The translations under genes and the position numbers were made by a program. Below are positions 8,882-17,926 of a stretch of DNA of 64,000 nucleotides, piece after piece. Source of the stretch: Candidatus Kaiserbacteria bacterium RIFCSPLOWO2_01_FULL_45_25 (GTDB lineage Bacteria > Patescibacteriota > Minisyncoccia > Phycocordibacterales > UBA918); contig MFLT01000012.1 in the NCBI GenBank assembly GCA_001781415.1, positions 6,485 to 70,484 on the forward strand. The letters are read 5' to 3'. A model generated the notes under the pieces. The model was not told the DNA's origin. It searched no databases and saw nothing but the letters and a program-made list of their open reading frames with translations. Position 1 is the stretch's first letter; every line of letters begins with the position of its first letter.

Positions 8882-9778
8882 TTAGTTCACTATCCGTTCA
8901 AAACAGTATCTTCCCTCTTTATACTGCCAGCTATTGCCATTTCTGATGAGGGCAGTTTTGTCGAAGGTTGGCCCCCACATCTCTTGTTCGGTGTTTGAGT
9001 CACGAGAGAAGGTGGCGCAAAGGTTAAAGCCTTGCTCGGTTACTTCGTAACTATAAGCAGCACGGTCTTCTGGTGCTTCTGGAATTGGGAATCCATCATA
9101 AGCTTCTTCTAGACTAGCTGGAACAGTACTACTACTTACCGCTAGAGCTTCTTCAATTTTCCACTGAATTTGTTGTAGGTCAGAAATTTGTGTTTCGTCT
9201 AACTTCATTTCACGAATGGTGTTTGGTGTCTGGCTATTGAAAAATCCCATAACAATTGCCGCAGTCACCACAACAGCCATCGCTAGTCCGTAGAGTTTTG
9301 ATTCCTTCTCACGAGTGAGCCAGTAGCCACGGGCGTCTTGAAGGTAGTAATAAAAGGCCGCTCCCACAATGAGCATCAATACTGCGGCCTTGAGTACAAA
9401 TCTGGTTGTAAGTTCCCCTTCTAGGAAACTAAGGATAACGGCTACAGCATCTCCAAGAAGCACACCGCCACCTACTAGAAGTGATAGGTATAAAAGCCAC
9501 TTAGTAAGTCCAAGATAAGCACTGTTGGTTTCGGTGCGACGGTTTTTGTTGACTTGGCGAGTGAGGGCTAGGTAAGTTGGGAAAAATACCAAAAGCATAG
9601 CTATAGCCACCCGTAGACTACTAGTTGAACTTTCAATTTGCCAATAACTTTCGGCAGCATCTTCAAAACGTAGGTTGATAATACTAAATAGTAAAACTAC
9701 TAAAAATGAAATTGATACATAAAGGGTTATTAAAGCTCCGAGCTGTAGCACTGTGTGCTTGGCTGTGTTGTTTTCCAT
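8882..9778 (-). CDS. DUF5671-like multi-TM protein with a pilin-like C-terminal domain
   Basis: About 5 TM helices; C-terminal DLQQIQ...YSY...FNLCATF...GRYCF. Confidence 0.6.
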   Translation of the reverse strand: MENNTAKHTVLQLGALITLYVSISFLVVLLFSIINLRFEDAAESYWQIESSTSSLRVAIAMLLVFFPTYLALTRQVNKNRRTETNSAYLGLTKWLLYLSLLVGGGVLLGDAVAVILSFLEGELTTRFVLKAAVLMLIVGAAFYYYLQDARGYWLTREKESKLYGLAMAVVVTAAIVMGFFNSQTPNTIREMKLDETQISDLQQIQWKIEEALAVSSSTVPASLEEAYDGFPIPEAPEDRAAYSYEVTEQGFNLCATFSRDSNTEQEMWGPTFDKTALIRNGNSWQYKEGRYCFERIVN

Positions 9779-9864
9779 ATACTCATATTATACGCCTTTC
9801 GGTGGTAAAAGGTAACAAAAGATAAGTCCCCACTAATTAAATTTGAGTGATATAATGCACCTAT

Positions 9865-10134
9865 ATGAAATCAGAAGACTTAAAGAAGGCGCCGAAGCTA
9901 TTTTGTGAAAGTATTAATGTTGGATTTACACCCGAGTATTTTGTGATGGGTTTGAGTTCTGGTACTCAAGGGGCAATTTATTCTCTTACCCCGCAGCACA
10001 CTAAACGACTCCTGCAGTACCTCACCCACCAGATAGCTGAGTTTGAAAAGCAGAACGGTGAAATTAAAGCTGAGTGGAATCCCAACATCGTGAGTCCAGT
10101 GCAGCGCATGAATCCTCCAACTGAGTTGAGTTAA
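9865..10134 (+). CDS. DUF3467-like protein
   Basis: TPEYFVM...LTPQHTKRL...QIAEFEKQNGEI pattern. Confidence 0.6.
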   Translation: MKSEDLKKAPKLFCESINVGFTPEYFVMGLSSGTQGAIYSLTPQHTKRLLQYLTHQIAEFEKQNGEIKAEWNPNIVSPVQRMNPPTELS

Positions 10135-10163
10135 AAGAAAAAGCGACCAGGAAGGTCGCTTTT
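10134..10163. terminator. Bidirectional terminator
   Basis: AAAAGCGACC-AGGAA-GGTCGCTTTT between convergent genes. Confidence 0.8.
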
Positions 10164-10193
10164 GTCATCGTGGAACTAGTACTCCTGCTTTGG

Positions 10194-10508
10194 CTACAGC
10201 CAATTCCTTCTGGCTTCTTTGATGGTCTCAATCATGAGTGGTGCCGCCTGTATGCTTTGCTGGAGGGCAATTTTAAAGCTTGATAGAGCCAAAATTAGCA
10301 CTTCTTCTGGCACGTCATTGGTTGGAGCACCATCAGGAAAGAAATTTTCAATGAACAAAACTGTCATCTCCTCTTTCTCACCCTCAGTTCTCTTTGTGTC
10401 AGCATTTGAGTAGAAAAGTAGCTCATCAGCCGGATTAATTCTGGCTAATTCTTCAGCTAAGGCCTCGCACTCGTCAAAGAGATTGAGGGTATGTGCGTTG
10501 TAACCCAT
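10194..10508 (-). CDS. Hypothetical protein (paralogue of 10623..10901)
   Basis: AAGGAG SD; promoter TTGACT-16-TATTCT at 10547-10574. Confidence 0.7.
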   Translation of the reverse strand: MGYNAHTLNLFDECEALAEELARINPADELLFYSNADTKRTEGEKEEMTVLFIENFFPDGAPTNDVPEEVLILALSSFKIALQQSIQAAPLMIETIKEARRNWL

Positions 10509-10575
10509 GATTTTCTCCTTGAATGAACAATGGCGAGGTTACTTAAAGAATAGAGTAAATTTGAGGCAAGTCAAC

Positions 10576-10602
10576 AGAAAAGCCGACCCATTGGGTCGGC
10601 TT
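10576..10602 (-). terminator. Intrinsic terminator
   Basis: AAGCCGACCCA-T-TGGGTCGGCTT. Confidence 0.75.
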
Positions 10603-10622
10603 GGCTTTGTCTTTCGTCGGTC

Positions 10623-10901
10623 TCATTTTCTATGGATGAGCCGCTCCGTCGTGAGCGCTGCCTCAAGTGCCTGATTGAAGTTGTCGAACATGGCCTCAAC
10701 TGCTTCGGCCAAGGTCATGTTCTCTGTGTTTTTGGGCATGAATGTATCGATGAGCTTTTGACTGGCGTCATCAATCTCAGCTTCGGTTTTGCCGTCGGCG
10801 TCGTAGATGAGGAGTCTGTGAGTACCAGCTAGTCGCTGGAGTTCCTTGCCGTCTGCCTCACACTTCCGCATGAGGGCTTCAGCCCGTGGACTAAGTGACA
10901 T
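10623..10901 (-). CDS. Hypothetical protein (paralogue of 10194..10508)
   Basis: AGGAG SD; shared CEA..EL.R....LL.Y..AD.K.TE.E motif. Confidence 0.7.
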   Translation of the reverse strand: MSLSPRAEALMRKCEADGKELQRLAGTHRLLIYDADGKTEAEIDDASQKLIDTFMPKNTENMTLAEAVEAMFDNFNQALEAALTTERLIHRK

Positions 10902-10911
10902 GTTGTATCTC

Positions 10912-11238
10912 CTAGTTGTGAGACGTGGATACGGATTGATTATTCACATCAACGAACTTCTTGGCGTAAGTGCTAAGCTCCCAATACTCAACGAGTATCT
11001 CCTGCTTCATGTAAAAGCGCCTTTTCACAACCCGTTTGACTAGCGGCTCAGGGCCTCTGGTCAACGTGTCGAGAATCAGAACGATTTGGTTGTCGTGAAT
11101 CTTCTTCAAGAGACCGTCGTAGATGTCGATAACGAGCACTGGTTTGGTGTACTGCATGAGTTCCATAAAGACCGCCAGCTCATTTTCGGTGAGTAAACGT
11201 CCGGCAAAGGACGTCAGCGAGGCTTCTTTTTTGGCCAT
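10912..11238 (-). CDS. Hypothetical protein, possible winged-helix
   Basis: LTENELAVF...LVKRV...YWELS pattern; promoter TTGACA-16-TATGCT at 11272-11299; AAAGGA SD. Confidence 0.6.
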   Translation of the reverse strand: MAKKEASLTSFAGRLLTENELAVFMELMQYTKPVLVIDIYDGLLKKIHDNQIVLILDTLTRGPEPLVKRVVKRRFYMKQEILVEYWELSTYAKKFVDVNNQSVSTSHN

Positions 11239-11297
11239 GGTGATTTCCTTTGTAAAAGAACAATAAAATACAGCATAGAGTTTTTGGTGGTCATGTC

Positions 11298-11338
11298 AAG
11301 AAAAGCCCGGCGCCTAAAGGCGCCGGGCTTTCTTTTTA
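11298..11338. terminator. Bidirectional terminator
   Basis: AAAGCCCGGCGCC-TAAA-GGCGCCGGGCTTT. Confidence 0.8.
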
Positions 11339-11376
11339 AACTACTTTACTATTATTTTGAAATTGTTATAGTGCCT

Positions 11377-11509
11377 GTACCACACAGAAGGGACTGGCCA
11401 ACTTCTGCTCACATCTTGGATGGTGGTTGGCTACCGCAGATGCATTGGAGGGGTTTAGTAGTGGCGAACGAACAACCCACACAAACTCTTTTGCACCTGC
11501 GGTTTTTTA
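11377..11509 (+). ncRNA. Candidate structured small RNA
   Basis: TG-n-TATAGT upstream, two short hairpins, then a long bulged hairpin ACCGCAG...CTGCGGT ending in a T-tract. Confidence 0.35.
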
Positions 11510-11514
11510 TATGT

Positions 11515-12612
11515 CTAAATCAAAAACTCAATCACGTCTCCGTCTTTCACTATGTAATCCTTCCCTTCAGTTCGTAACTTACCTTCAGTGCGAGCTCGAG
11601 CCAGTCCATTACATTCGACGAAGTCATCAAAGGTCACTACTTGAGCGCGGATATATTTCTTTTCAAAATCAGTGTGGATAGCGGCAGCCGCTTTTGGTCC
11701 GGTTGAACTAATTGGTACTGTCCAAGCCCGAGTCTCCTTCTCTCCAGTAGTGAAGTAACTCATGAGTCCAAGACGGTTGTAACAAGCGCGGATAAGACTC
11801 TCTACTCCACTTCCCTGTGCGCCATATTCACGACGGAAATCATTCTTCTCTTCATTTGAGAGGTCACGAAGTTCGTGTTCCATACCCGCGTCGACCACTA
11901 CGTACTCAGCGTTTGTACGTTCAAAAAATTCTACCAACTTTATCCAACGGTCATCATTCTGGTCATCGAGGTTAAAAGCATCAGTCTTCTTGTTACAGAC
12001 ATAAAGGAAAGGCTTCATAGTGAGGAGGTGTAGCCCCTTCACTACCTTGAGTTCATCTTCAGTCATTGGCAGTGCATTAGCGAGGTTTCCACCAGCTAGA
12101 TGTGGCTTCAAGCGGGCGAGGACGTCACGCTCGACTACGGCTTCCTTGTCTCCGCGCTTCGCGTCACGCTCCACGTTATTGAGGCGCTTTTCTACTGTTT
12201 CAGCATCAGCCAAGATGAGTTCGAGATTAATTACTTCAATGTCTGATAGCGGGTCGATTTCTGCTGAGACATGGTGAACTTCACTATCTTCAAAGATTCG
12301 TACTACTTCAGCAATCATGTCGGTTTCGCGGATGTTGGCGAGGAATTTGTTGCCGAGTCCTTCTCCTGAAGCAGCACCAGCCACCAAACCAGCAATGTCT
12401 ACGAACTCAACTACGGCCGGAATGATAGTGGCGGTACCAGAGATAGCCGCTAAGCTAGCAAGGCGCCCATCTGGTACAGCTACTACACCCACTGATGGGT
12501 CGATAGTGGCAAATGGATAATTAGCAATCAGAACCTCATTTTTGGTGAGGGCGGTAAACAGGGTTGACTTTCCTACGTTTGGAAGTCCTACAATTCCTAC
12601 AGATAATGACAT
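11515..12612 (-). CDS. ychF: Redox-regulated ATPase YchF
   Basis: GIVGLPNVGKSTLF, NYPFATIDP, DIAGLV, GEGLGNKFL, EGKDYIVKDGDVI. Confidence 0.97.
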   Translation of the reverse strand: MSLSVGIVGLPNVGKSTLFTALTKNEVLIANYPFATIDPSVGVVAVPDGRLASLAAISGTATIIPAVVEFVDIAGLVAGAASGEGLGNKFLANIRETDMIAEVVRIFEDSEVHHVSAEIDPLSDIEVINLELILADAETVEKRLNNVERDAKRGDKEAVVERDVLARLKPHLAGGNLANALPMTEDELKVVKGLHLLTMKPFLYVCNKKTDAFNLDDQNDDRWIKLVEFFERTNAEYVVVDAGMEHELRDLSNEEKNDFRREYGAQGSGVESLIRACYNRLGLMSYFTTGEKETRAWTVPISSTGPKAAAAIHTDFEKKYIRAQVVTFDDFVECNGLARARTEGKLRTEGKDYIVKDGDVIEFLI

Positions 12613-12672
12613 ATACGCGCTAGACTAACAGAGTTTTGCTAAAATCCAAAATTAATATGTGGCAGAAGTAGT

Positions 12673-14319
12673 CTAGGACTGGCTTTTAATTGCTGAGCGC
12701 AGGTACTGCATGTCGGCATCAACTTTTTTGTGAGGATTAAAGATGCGGTGTGGGTCAAATATTTCTTTGATTTCTTGGAATACATTTAGTATTTCTGGAC
12801 TAAACATTTTGTGTAGATAGGGTGTTCTAATTAGTCCGTCATTATGTTCTCCGGTAATTGAACCATGGAATTCTCCTACCAGTGTATATACTCGCTCAGA
12901 TAGTTTGTTGATGATTTGGATAAAGTCGGGACGTGAAAAATCCATTAGAGGAATAATGTGGAAGTTGCCATCGCCCACATGCCCAGCCACGGTGTACAAC
13001 AAGTTATATTCATCAAGAATGGCGTACAGTCGAGGAAGAAATTCTGGTAGATGCTCAGGTAGTACTACAAAGTCATCGATGAAAGGGGCGGTGTGTTTGT
13101 CTGAAACATTTTCACGCAAAAGTTTGAAGCTCTCACGTCTGATTGTCCAAAACTTCTGGGCTTCTGATTGATTCTTGGTGATGTGTGAGGAAACGCCAAA
13201 TGACTTAATTGATAGTTCAGCCTGCTTGGCCATTAATGCCGCTTCAGTTTCAGTGTCGGCTGCAAATTCTGCCATTAGTACTAACTTTGGAATGCCGCCT
13301 TGGAACACCAGTTTTATCTCAGGCCAAAAATCTCGTAGTAGTGTGAAGGGGTTACCACCTAGTCGCCAAAATAATTTAGGAAATACTCTTAGCATTACGT
13401 TAAAAGTTTTGTCATCATATGATTCAAAGCTCTCTGGCTTATGGGCCAAGACCGCGTTTACAATTTTGCCTAACTGAGCGAAGTGTTTTGGTCGTAAAAA
13501 TAGTACCAACATTCTTGAAGCTGGTTTTGGTTTTACAAGATTAAAAGTAATTTCTGAAATTAAACCAAGGGTGCCCTGTGACCCAACAAAGAGTTGTGTC
13601 ATATCAAAGGTGTCTGTGGTCTCGTCCCAAACATTCCAGATGCCATAACCGGCGGAGTTTTTACTAACTATTGGTTTGGCAGATTTAATTGCATCGTGAT
13701 GCTGATGAATTAATCCTTCAACTCGACGATAAATCTCACCCTCATAATTAGCTTGTGATTTTTTGGCTTCAAGTTCAGTTCTGGTTAGACGCTTAAATTC
13801 ATATTCAATTCCATCTTGTAGCACTACTTTGAGGGTGTGGACGTAACGTTCAGTTTTGCCGTACGTTAGTGACTTTTCTCCAGCTGAATTATTGGCCACC
13901 ATACCACCAACGGTGTTTAGCTCTCTACTGGCGGTGTAGCTTGGCATAATCACTCCATGTTTTAGTGTGGCTTTTTCAAAGTCACGATAAAATACGCCCG
14001 GCTGCGTGGTGGCATGGACTGTGTTTACTTCCAGTATTTGATTAAAGTAGCGAAGAAAATCTACCACAATCGAACTTGAAAGTGGCCCGCCAGACATATC
14101 TGTTCCAGCACTTCTGGCAGTGAGAGACAGCTCGCCACGTCTAGTGTGGACGTAGTGAATTAAGGTATGTAGGTCAGCAACGTTTTTTGGATAGACAACT
14201 AATTCTGGGCGAATTTTAAAAATACTTGTATCTTCACTATATTGCTCCAATACCCGATTGCTATTGTCTACATCACCGGAAAAAGTATCTGGTATAACGA
14301 TTGGGTTTAGTTTTGACAT
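12673..14319 (-). CDS. FAD-linked oxidase (GlcD/D-lactate dehydrogenase family)
   Basis: RSAGTDMSGG, GGMVANN, GSQGTLG, GHVGDGNFH, GSITGEHNDG, FDP..IFNP.K. Confidence 0.85.
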   Translation of the reverse strand: MSKLNPIVIPDTFSGDVDNSNRVLEQYSEDTSIFKIRPELVVYPKNVADLHTLIHYVHTRRGELSLTARSAGTDMSGGPLSSSIVVDFLRYFNQILEVNTVHATTQPGVFYRDFEKATLKHGVIMPSYTASRELNTVGGMVANNSAGEKSLTYGKTERYVHTLKVVLQDGIEYEFKRLTRTELEAKKSQANYEGEIYRRVEGLIHQHHDAIKSAKPIVSKNSAGYGIWNVWDETTDTFDMTQLFVGSQGTLGLISEITFNLVKPKPASRMLVLFLRPKHFAQLGKIVNAVLAHKPESFESYDDKTFNVMLRVFPKLFWRLGGNPFTLLRDFWPEIKLVFQGGIPKLVLMAEFAADTETEAALMAKQAELSIKSFGVSSHITKNQSEAQKFWTIRRESFKLLRENVSDKHTAPFIDDFVVLPEHLPEFLPRLYAILDEYNLLYTVAGHVGDGNFHIIPLMDFSRPDFIQIINKLSERVYTLVGEFHGSITGEHNDGLIRTPYLHKMFSPEILNVFQEIKEIFDPHRIFNPHKKVDADMQYLRSAIKSQS

Positions 14320-14322
14320 ATA

Positions 14323-15747
14323 TTAATGTCCAGATCCACTGGTCTTAGTAAAATCTCCCTCATAAATAGTTGGGTCAGCTGGGCCGGTTACTTCTATAGT
14401 ACCCCAAGCCCCTTTGTCTGTACGCATCAGGGCGTGGTCCACCAGAACGTATGTGCCTGGGTAATCGACAGTAAATTCAACTATGGTTGCTCCCCCAGCT
14501 GGGACGTTTGTGGTCTGGACATTCTTAAACTCCGCACCACCAATTGAAGCTTCTGGGTACACGGTATCAAAAATTTCGCCCACTACATGGAAGGAAGAAT
14601 TGTGAACCACTCCACCATTACCAACATACATGCGGATTTTGTCTCCAACCTCGGCCTTCATTTTATTTACTACTCCATCTGGACGACCGTTGAAAGTTAT
14701 ATAAGTTGGATTGCCTAACATCATTTTCTTGGCGTCAAACGCTTGTAAGCCACGACGGCCAATGGCGCCGGTGGTAAATATTTCCCCCTGCATTACATAA
14801 AACTCCTTATCTACTGCTGGTAAGCCATCTTTTGGTTCAACCAAAATCATGCCGTACATGCCGTGCGCCATATGCACAGCCATGTTTGGGGTGGCACAAT
14901 GATAGACAAATAAGCCTGGGTTGAGTGCCTTAAAGGTGAAAGTCTTGGTCTCTCCTGGTGCTACCATAGTCACAGCTCCACCACCACCTGGGCCAGTAGC
15001 AGCATGGAAATCAACGTTGTGGTGATGAAGACTGCTGGCATTATTGGTGATGGTAACGCGAACAATGTCACCTTCTCTTACTCTAAATAATGGACCAGGA
15101 ACGGTGTTATTGAAGGTCCAGTAGTTAAAGGTGATTCCTGGAGCTAGTTCAGACAATACTTCGGTCGTTTCAAGATGTAATTCTCTAATCTGACCTCCCT
15201 CTTCTGGTGCGGCGTCTTCGTCGACAACGGCCAATGTTCCACTAGCCGACATTTCACTTAAGAGTGTGGCAGTGACTGGTGTTGGGTCTAGTACGGTAAT
15301 TGGTGGAGGGACATCACTGGGGTCGCGGGCAATGTCTTCAATGTGTGCAAACTGGTCGATATGTTGAAAGAATGAAATTACATTTTTCATTGGTAAACCA
15401 GGTCCAGAACCAGGGCCAAATGACTCAACATAAACAGGATATTGTAGGGCGTAAAGTCGTCCAACTGAAACAGAGACAAATAAACTAATTCCGATGGCAA
15501 AAAATATCATGGAAATGCCCATGGGTGCGGCTTTTAGTCGCCAGACTAGGCGCAGAGCGAAGAACAGCATAGCTGTGATAGCCATGCCAAGTCCCAGGGC
15601 TTGGATCAAAGAAACCTTTAAAAATTGAAATAATTCAACGCCACCAAGAAATAGAACACCTCCACTAATTATCACTACCCCAACAATAAACATTATTACT
15701 AAAGCCCAGGACAACTTCTCAATATTGTGAAAATCGTGTTCAATCAT
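14323..15747 (-). CDS. nirK: Copper-containing nitrite reductase with an N-terminal 3-TM anchor
   Basis: HNVDFH, YHC...H....GM, SSFHVVG, LVDH: type 1 and type 2 Cu ligands plus catalytic Asp and His all present. Confidence 0.9.
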   Translation of the reverse strand: MIEHDFHNIEKLSWALVIMFIVGVVIISGGVLFLGGVELFQFLKVSLIQALGLGMAITAMLFFALRLVWRLKAAPMGISMIFFAIGISLFVSVSVGRLYALQYPVYVESFGPGSGPGLPMKNVISFFQHIDQFAHIEDIARDPSDVPPPITVLDPTPVTATLLSEMSASGTLAVVDEDAAPEEGGQIRELHLETTEVLSELAPGITFNYWTFNNTVPGPLFRVREGDIVRVTITNNASSLHHHNVDFHAATGPGGGGAVTMVAPGETKTFTFKALNPGLFVYHCATPNMAVHMAHGMYGMILVEPKDGLPAVDKEFYVMQGEIFTTGAIGRRGLQAFDAKKMMLGNPTYITFNGRPDGVVNKMKAEVGDKIRMYVGNGGVVHNSSFHVVGEIFDTVYPEASIGGAEFKNVQTTNVPAGGATIVEFTVDYPGTYVLVDHALMRTDKGAWGTIEVTGPADPTIYEGDFTKTSGSGH

Positions 15748-15806
15748 GTTGTTATTGTAGCACTCTGGTAGATAGGACTTGGCATAGTGTACACTTAACT
15801 TCCTAC

Positions 15807-15899
15807 ATGAAATTTATTACCACTATAAACTTTTCCAACTCCAATCTATGTAAGTGGTTGCTGGCCATTAGTTTTCTTGAACAACCACCCACGATGTAG
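15807..15899 (+). CDS. Possible 30-aa leader peptide MKFITTINFSNSNLCKWLLAISFLEQPPTM
   Basis: Manual translation; follows a TACACT -10 box; lies upstream of 15997. Confidence 0.3.
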   Translation: MKFITTINFSNSNLCKWLLAISFLEQPPTM

Positions 15900-15996
15900 G
15901 TGTTTGAAGATTGCTTCTCATGAATAAGCGTGATAGTCGCGGTAATAATCAAACACCTTAACTCACCCAAATTAATTATTGACGTAACTTCTATCT

Positions 15997-16389
15997 ATGT
16001 TTACAAACATTCTCAAATCTACATTGGAAACTGCCGCTGCTAAGGCCTTGGCTACAAATGGACCAGAAGGAATTAATGTTGTGCCTGTCTCAATGATTAG
16101 GGTTAACGAAAACGATATCTGGTTGTTTGACTTTTTTATGGACAAGACAGCTAAGAATGCGGAGGCGGGAGAAAAAGCTGCTCTAACTGCTTGGACAGAT
16201 ATGGTTGGAGTACAAATTATTGCGGAGCTACAGTACGTTACTAGTGGAAGTGATTTTGAAGAAGCAGTGACATGGGTAAAGACCCAAAATGCTTCTCGGG
16301 TAGTTAAAGGATTATTAATCCTCAGACCATCAAAAGTCTATGACATCAGTCCAGGTGGAGCTTTCAGTGCTGAAGATTTAAGTTTTTAG
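15997..16389 (+). CDS. Pyridoxamine 5'-phosphate oxidase-like FMN-binding split-barrel protein
   Basis: ALAT....INVVPVS...FDFFMDKT.KN...VYDISPG. Confidence 0.7.
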   Translation: MFTNILKSTLETAAAKALATNGPEGINVVPVSMIRVNENDIWLFDFFMDKTAKNAEAGEKAALTAWTDMVGVQIIAELQYVTSGSDFEEAVTWVKTQNASRVVKGLLILRPSKVYDISPGGAFSAEDLSF

Positions 16390-16487
16390 AGTTAAGTGCT
16401 GTGAGGTTGAGGTGTTGGGTTCTAAAATGTGGTAAAATATTTGCAGTACAACTAGTCAGTGTCGCTTTATTAGTTTGACATGCTCAT

Positions 16488-16619
16488 ATGACTAAAGGCC
16501 AAGCCCTCTGCTATATTCTTGCGGTGATTATCATCACTCTTTGTGCGTATTTATATACAGCCACTGCTCAGGCACCTACCCACGAGAACCTACAGCCCGT
16601 AGCGGCGACCAATATGTAA
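16488..16619 (+). CDS. Small single-TM protein, 43 aa
   Basis: Manual translation MTKGQALCYILAVIIITLCAYLYTATAQAPTHENLQPVAATNM; stop immediately followed by a terminator. Confidence 0.5.
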   Translation: MTKGQALCYILAVIIITLCAYLYTATAQAPTHENLQPVAATNM

Positions 16620-16621
16620 AT

Positions 16622-16649
16622 GAAAAAGCGTCCCTTGGGACGCTTTTTT
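16622..16649. terminator. Bidirectional terminator
   Basis: AAAAAGCGTCCC-TT-GGGACGCTTTTT. Confidence 0.8.
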
Positions 16650-16668
16650 GTGGTTGGCTCACCGTAAA

Positions 16669-17097
16669 TCATTGTGTGCAAATGATAAACGGGATTTCCG
16701 GGCTTTCGTCGAAATGGAAGAAAGGAGACGTGTTCATGCCGAACAGTCCCTTTATTTCAGTCAGCATTTTCAAGTACTGACCACGGGCATAAATCAGATC
16801 GCTTTCGCTCACTGACACCGATGATGTCTGAAGCTCAAATTCAATCACATCTTCGACTTCCTTCTTTGTGTCAGTGTTGAGACAAAGAAGCGTATAGAGT
16901 GCCCCCAAGTCGTCTTGGCGCAGAAAGAAAGGCACGCTCCTGGGAGTTTCCGAATAAGCCAAGAGCCATTGCGCCAAGGCCGAGGTGACTCTTGGCAAGT
17001 CGTAGATACCCAGCTCAATGACATTTTGTTGTTTGCTGAAGTTCGTGAAAACATTTTGCAGCAACGTGAGTTTGGACGAGAAAGGTCTGTTGTCCAT
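16669..17097 (-). CDS. Hypothetical protein
   Basis: GGGGA SD-like; leader has TGCTCTTTAAAC. Confidence 0.6.
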   Translation of the reverse strand: MDNRPFSSKLTLLQNVFTNFSKQQNVIELGIYDLPRVTSALAQWLLAYSETPRSVPFFLRQDDLGALYTLLCLNTDTKKEVEDVIEFELQTSSVSVSESDLIYARGQYLKMLTEIKGLFGMNTSPFFHFDESPEIPFIICTQ

Positions 17098-17193
17098 TAC
17101 GAATCCCCAGTAAAGAGTTTAAAGAGCAACCAGCACGATGCCAGATGTTGTTGATACCGTATCATAAAAGCACTGCATAGCAATAGCTAAGAC

Positions 17194-17226
17194 AGAAAAA
17201 AGCCGACCCGGTGTAAGGTCGGCTTT
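17194..17226 (-). terminator. Intrinsic terminator
   Basis: AAAGCCGACC...GGTCGGCTTT. Confidence 0.75.
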
Positions 17227-17245
17227 GGCGTCAGCGGTGTTCGGG

Positions 17246-17782
17246 TTACTGCCGGGCGGCTTCACGTTGCTTGGTCTGCTGCCAATTATGGACTGTCACC
17301 CCAGTGAGGTGTTCATACCCATGACTTGACCACACCAGACTGATGGGCACATAGCGTACTTGTGGCATCTTCCACCAGTACTGGAGGTTCTTGGCCAGGT
17401 GAGTGCCGTAATCGGCTTGTAGCCGGTTGAAGGTGTGGGTAATCAGTTCCGGCGTGTTAAAGTCCGACTGATTAACACCACCAAGTGACAGTTCTGCCCA
17501 CTTAAGGCCGGCTTTCTCTTCCAGTTCGGCCAAGAAAGATTCATCTTCCTGCAGCAGGGACTGGTAGAGTGTGCGTACTGGCCCGTTCATCATCACAAAA
17601 GGGATGGTCGGGTCTGGGCTCAGTTGCTGTGAGACAGCCAGTTGTACAAAGCTGTCCACCACGTCTACCGCAAAGGTAACCACCATGCCCTTTTGGGCCA
17701 AAAGATTTACAGCCGGAACGACGTCAATCTTGTTGCGAAGCTCCCAAAAGTAAAGTCGAGTACGATCAGATGCCTTGGTCAT
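17246..17782 (-). CDS. Hypothetical protein
   Basis: Start moved to ATG 17782 behind an AAGGAG SD. Confidence 0.6.
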   Translation of the reverse strand: MTKASDRTRLYFWELRNKIDVVPAVNLLAQKGMVVTFAVDVVDSFVQLAVSQQLSPDPTIPFVMMNGPVRTLYQSLLQEDESFLAELEEKAGLKWAELSLGGVNQSDFNTPELITHTFNRLQADYGTHLAKNLQYWWKMPQVRYVPISLVWSSHGYEHLTGVTVHNWQQTKQREAARQ

Positions 17783-17926
17783 GCCTATAACTCCTTGTAA
17801 TGTACTGATACCTGACAATTTCAGGCCAAAATTAGAGTACAGCAGATTAAAAATTAGACAAGCCACCAGGCAAATTTTATGCACACTGCCTCCCGGTATC
17901 AGTTTCTAAAGTGATATTATTAATAT

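Noticed and set aside
6241-17226. Integron attC sites at the cassette hairpins
   Set aside because: No RYYYAAC/GTTRRRY boxes and no integrase; the hairpins fit intrinsic terminators
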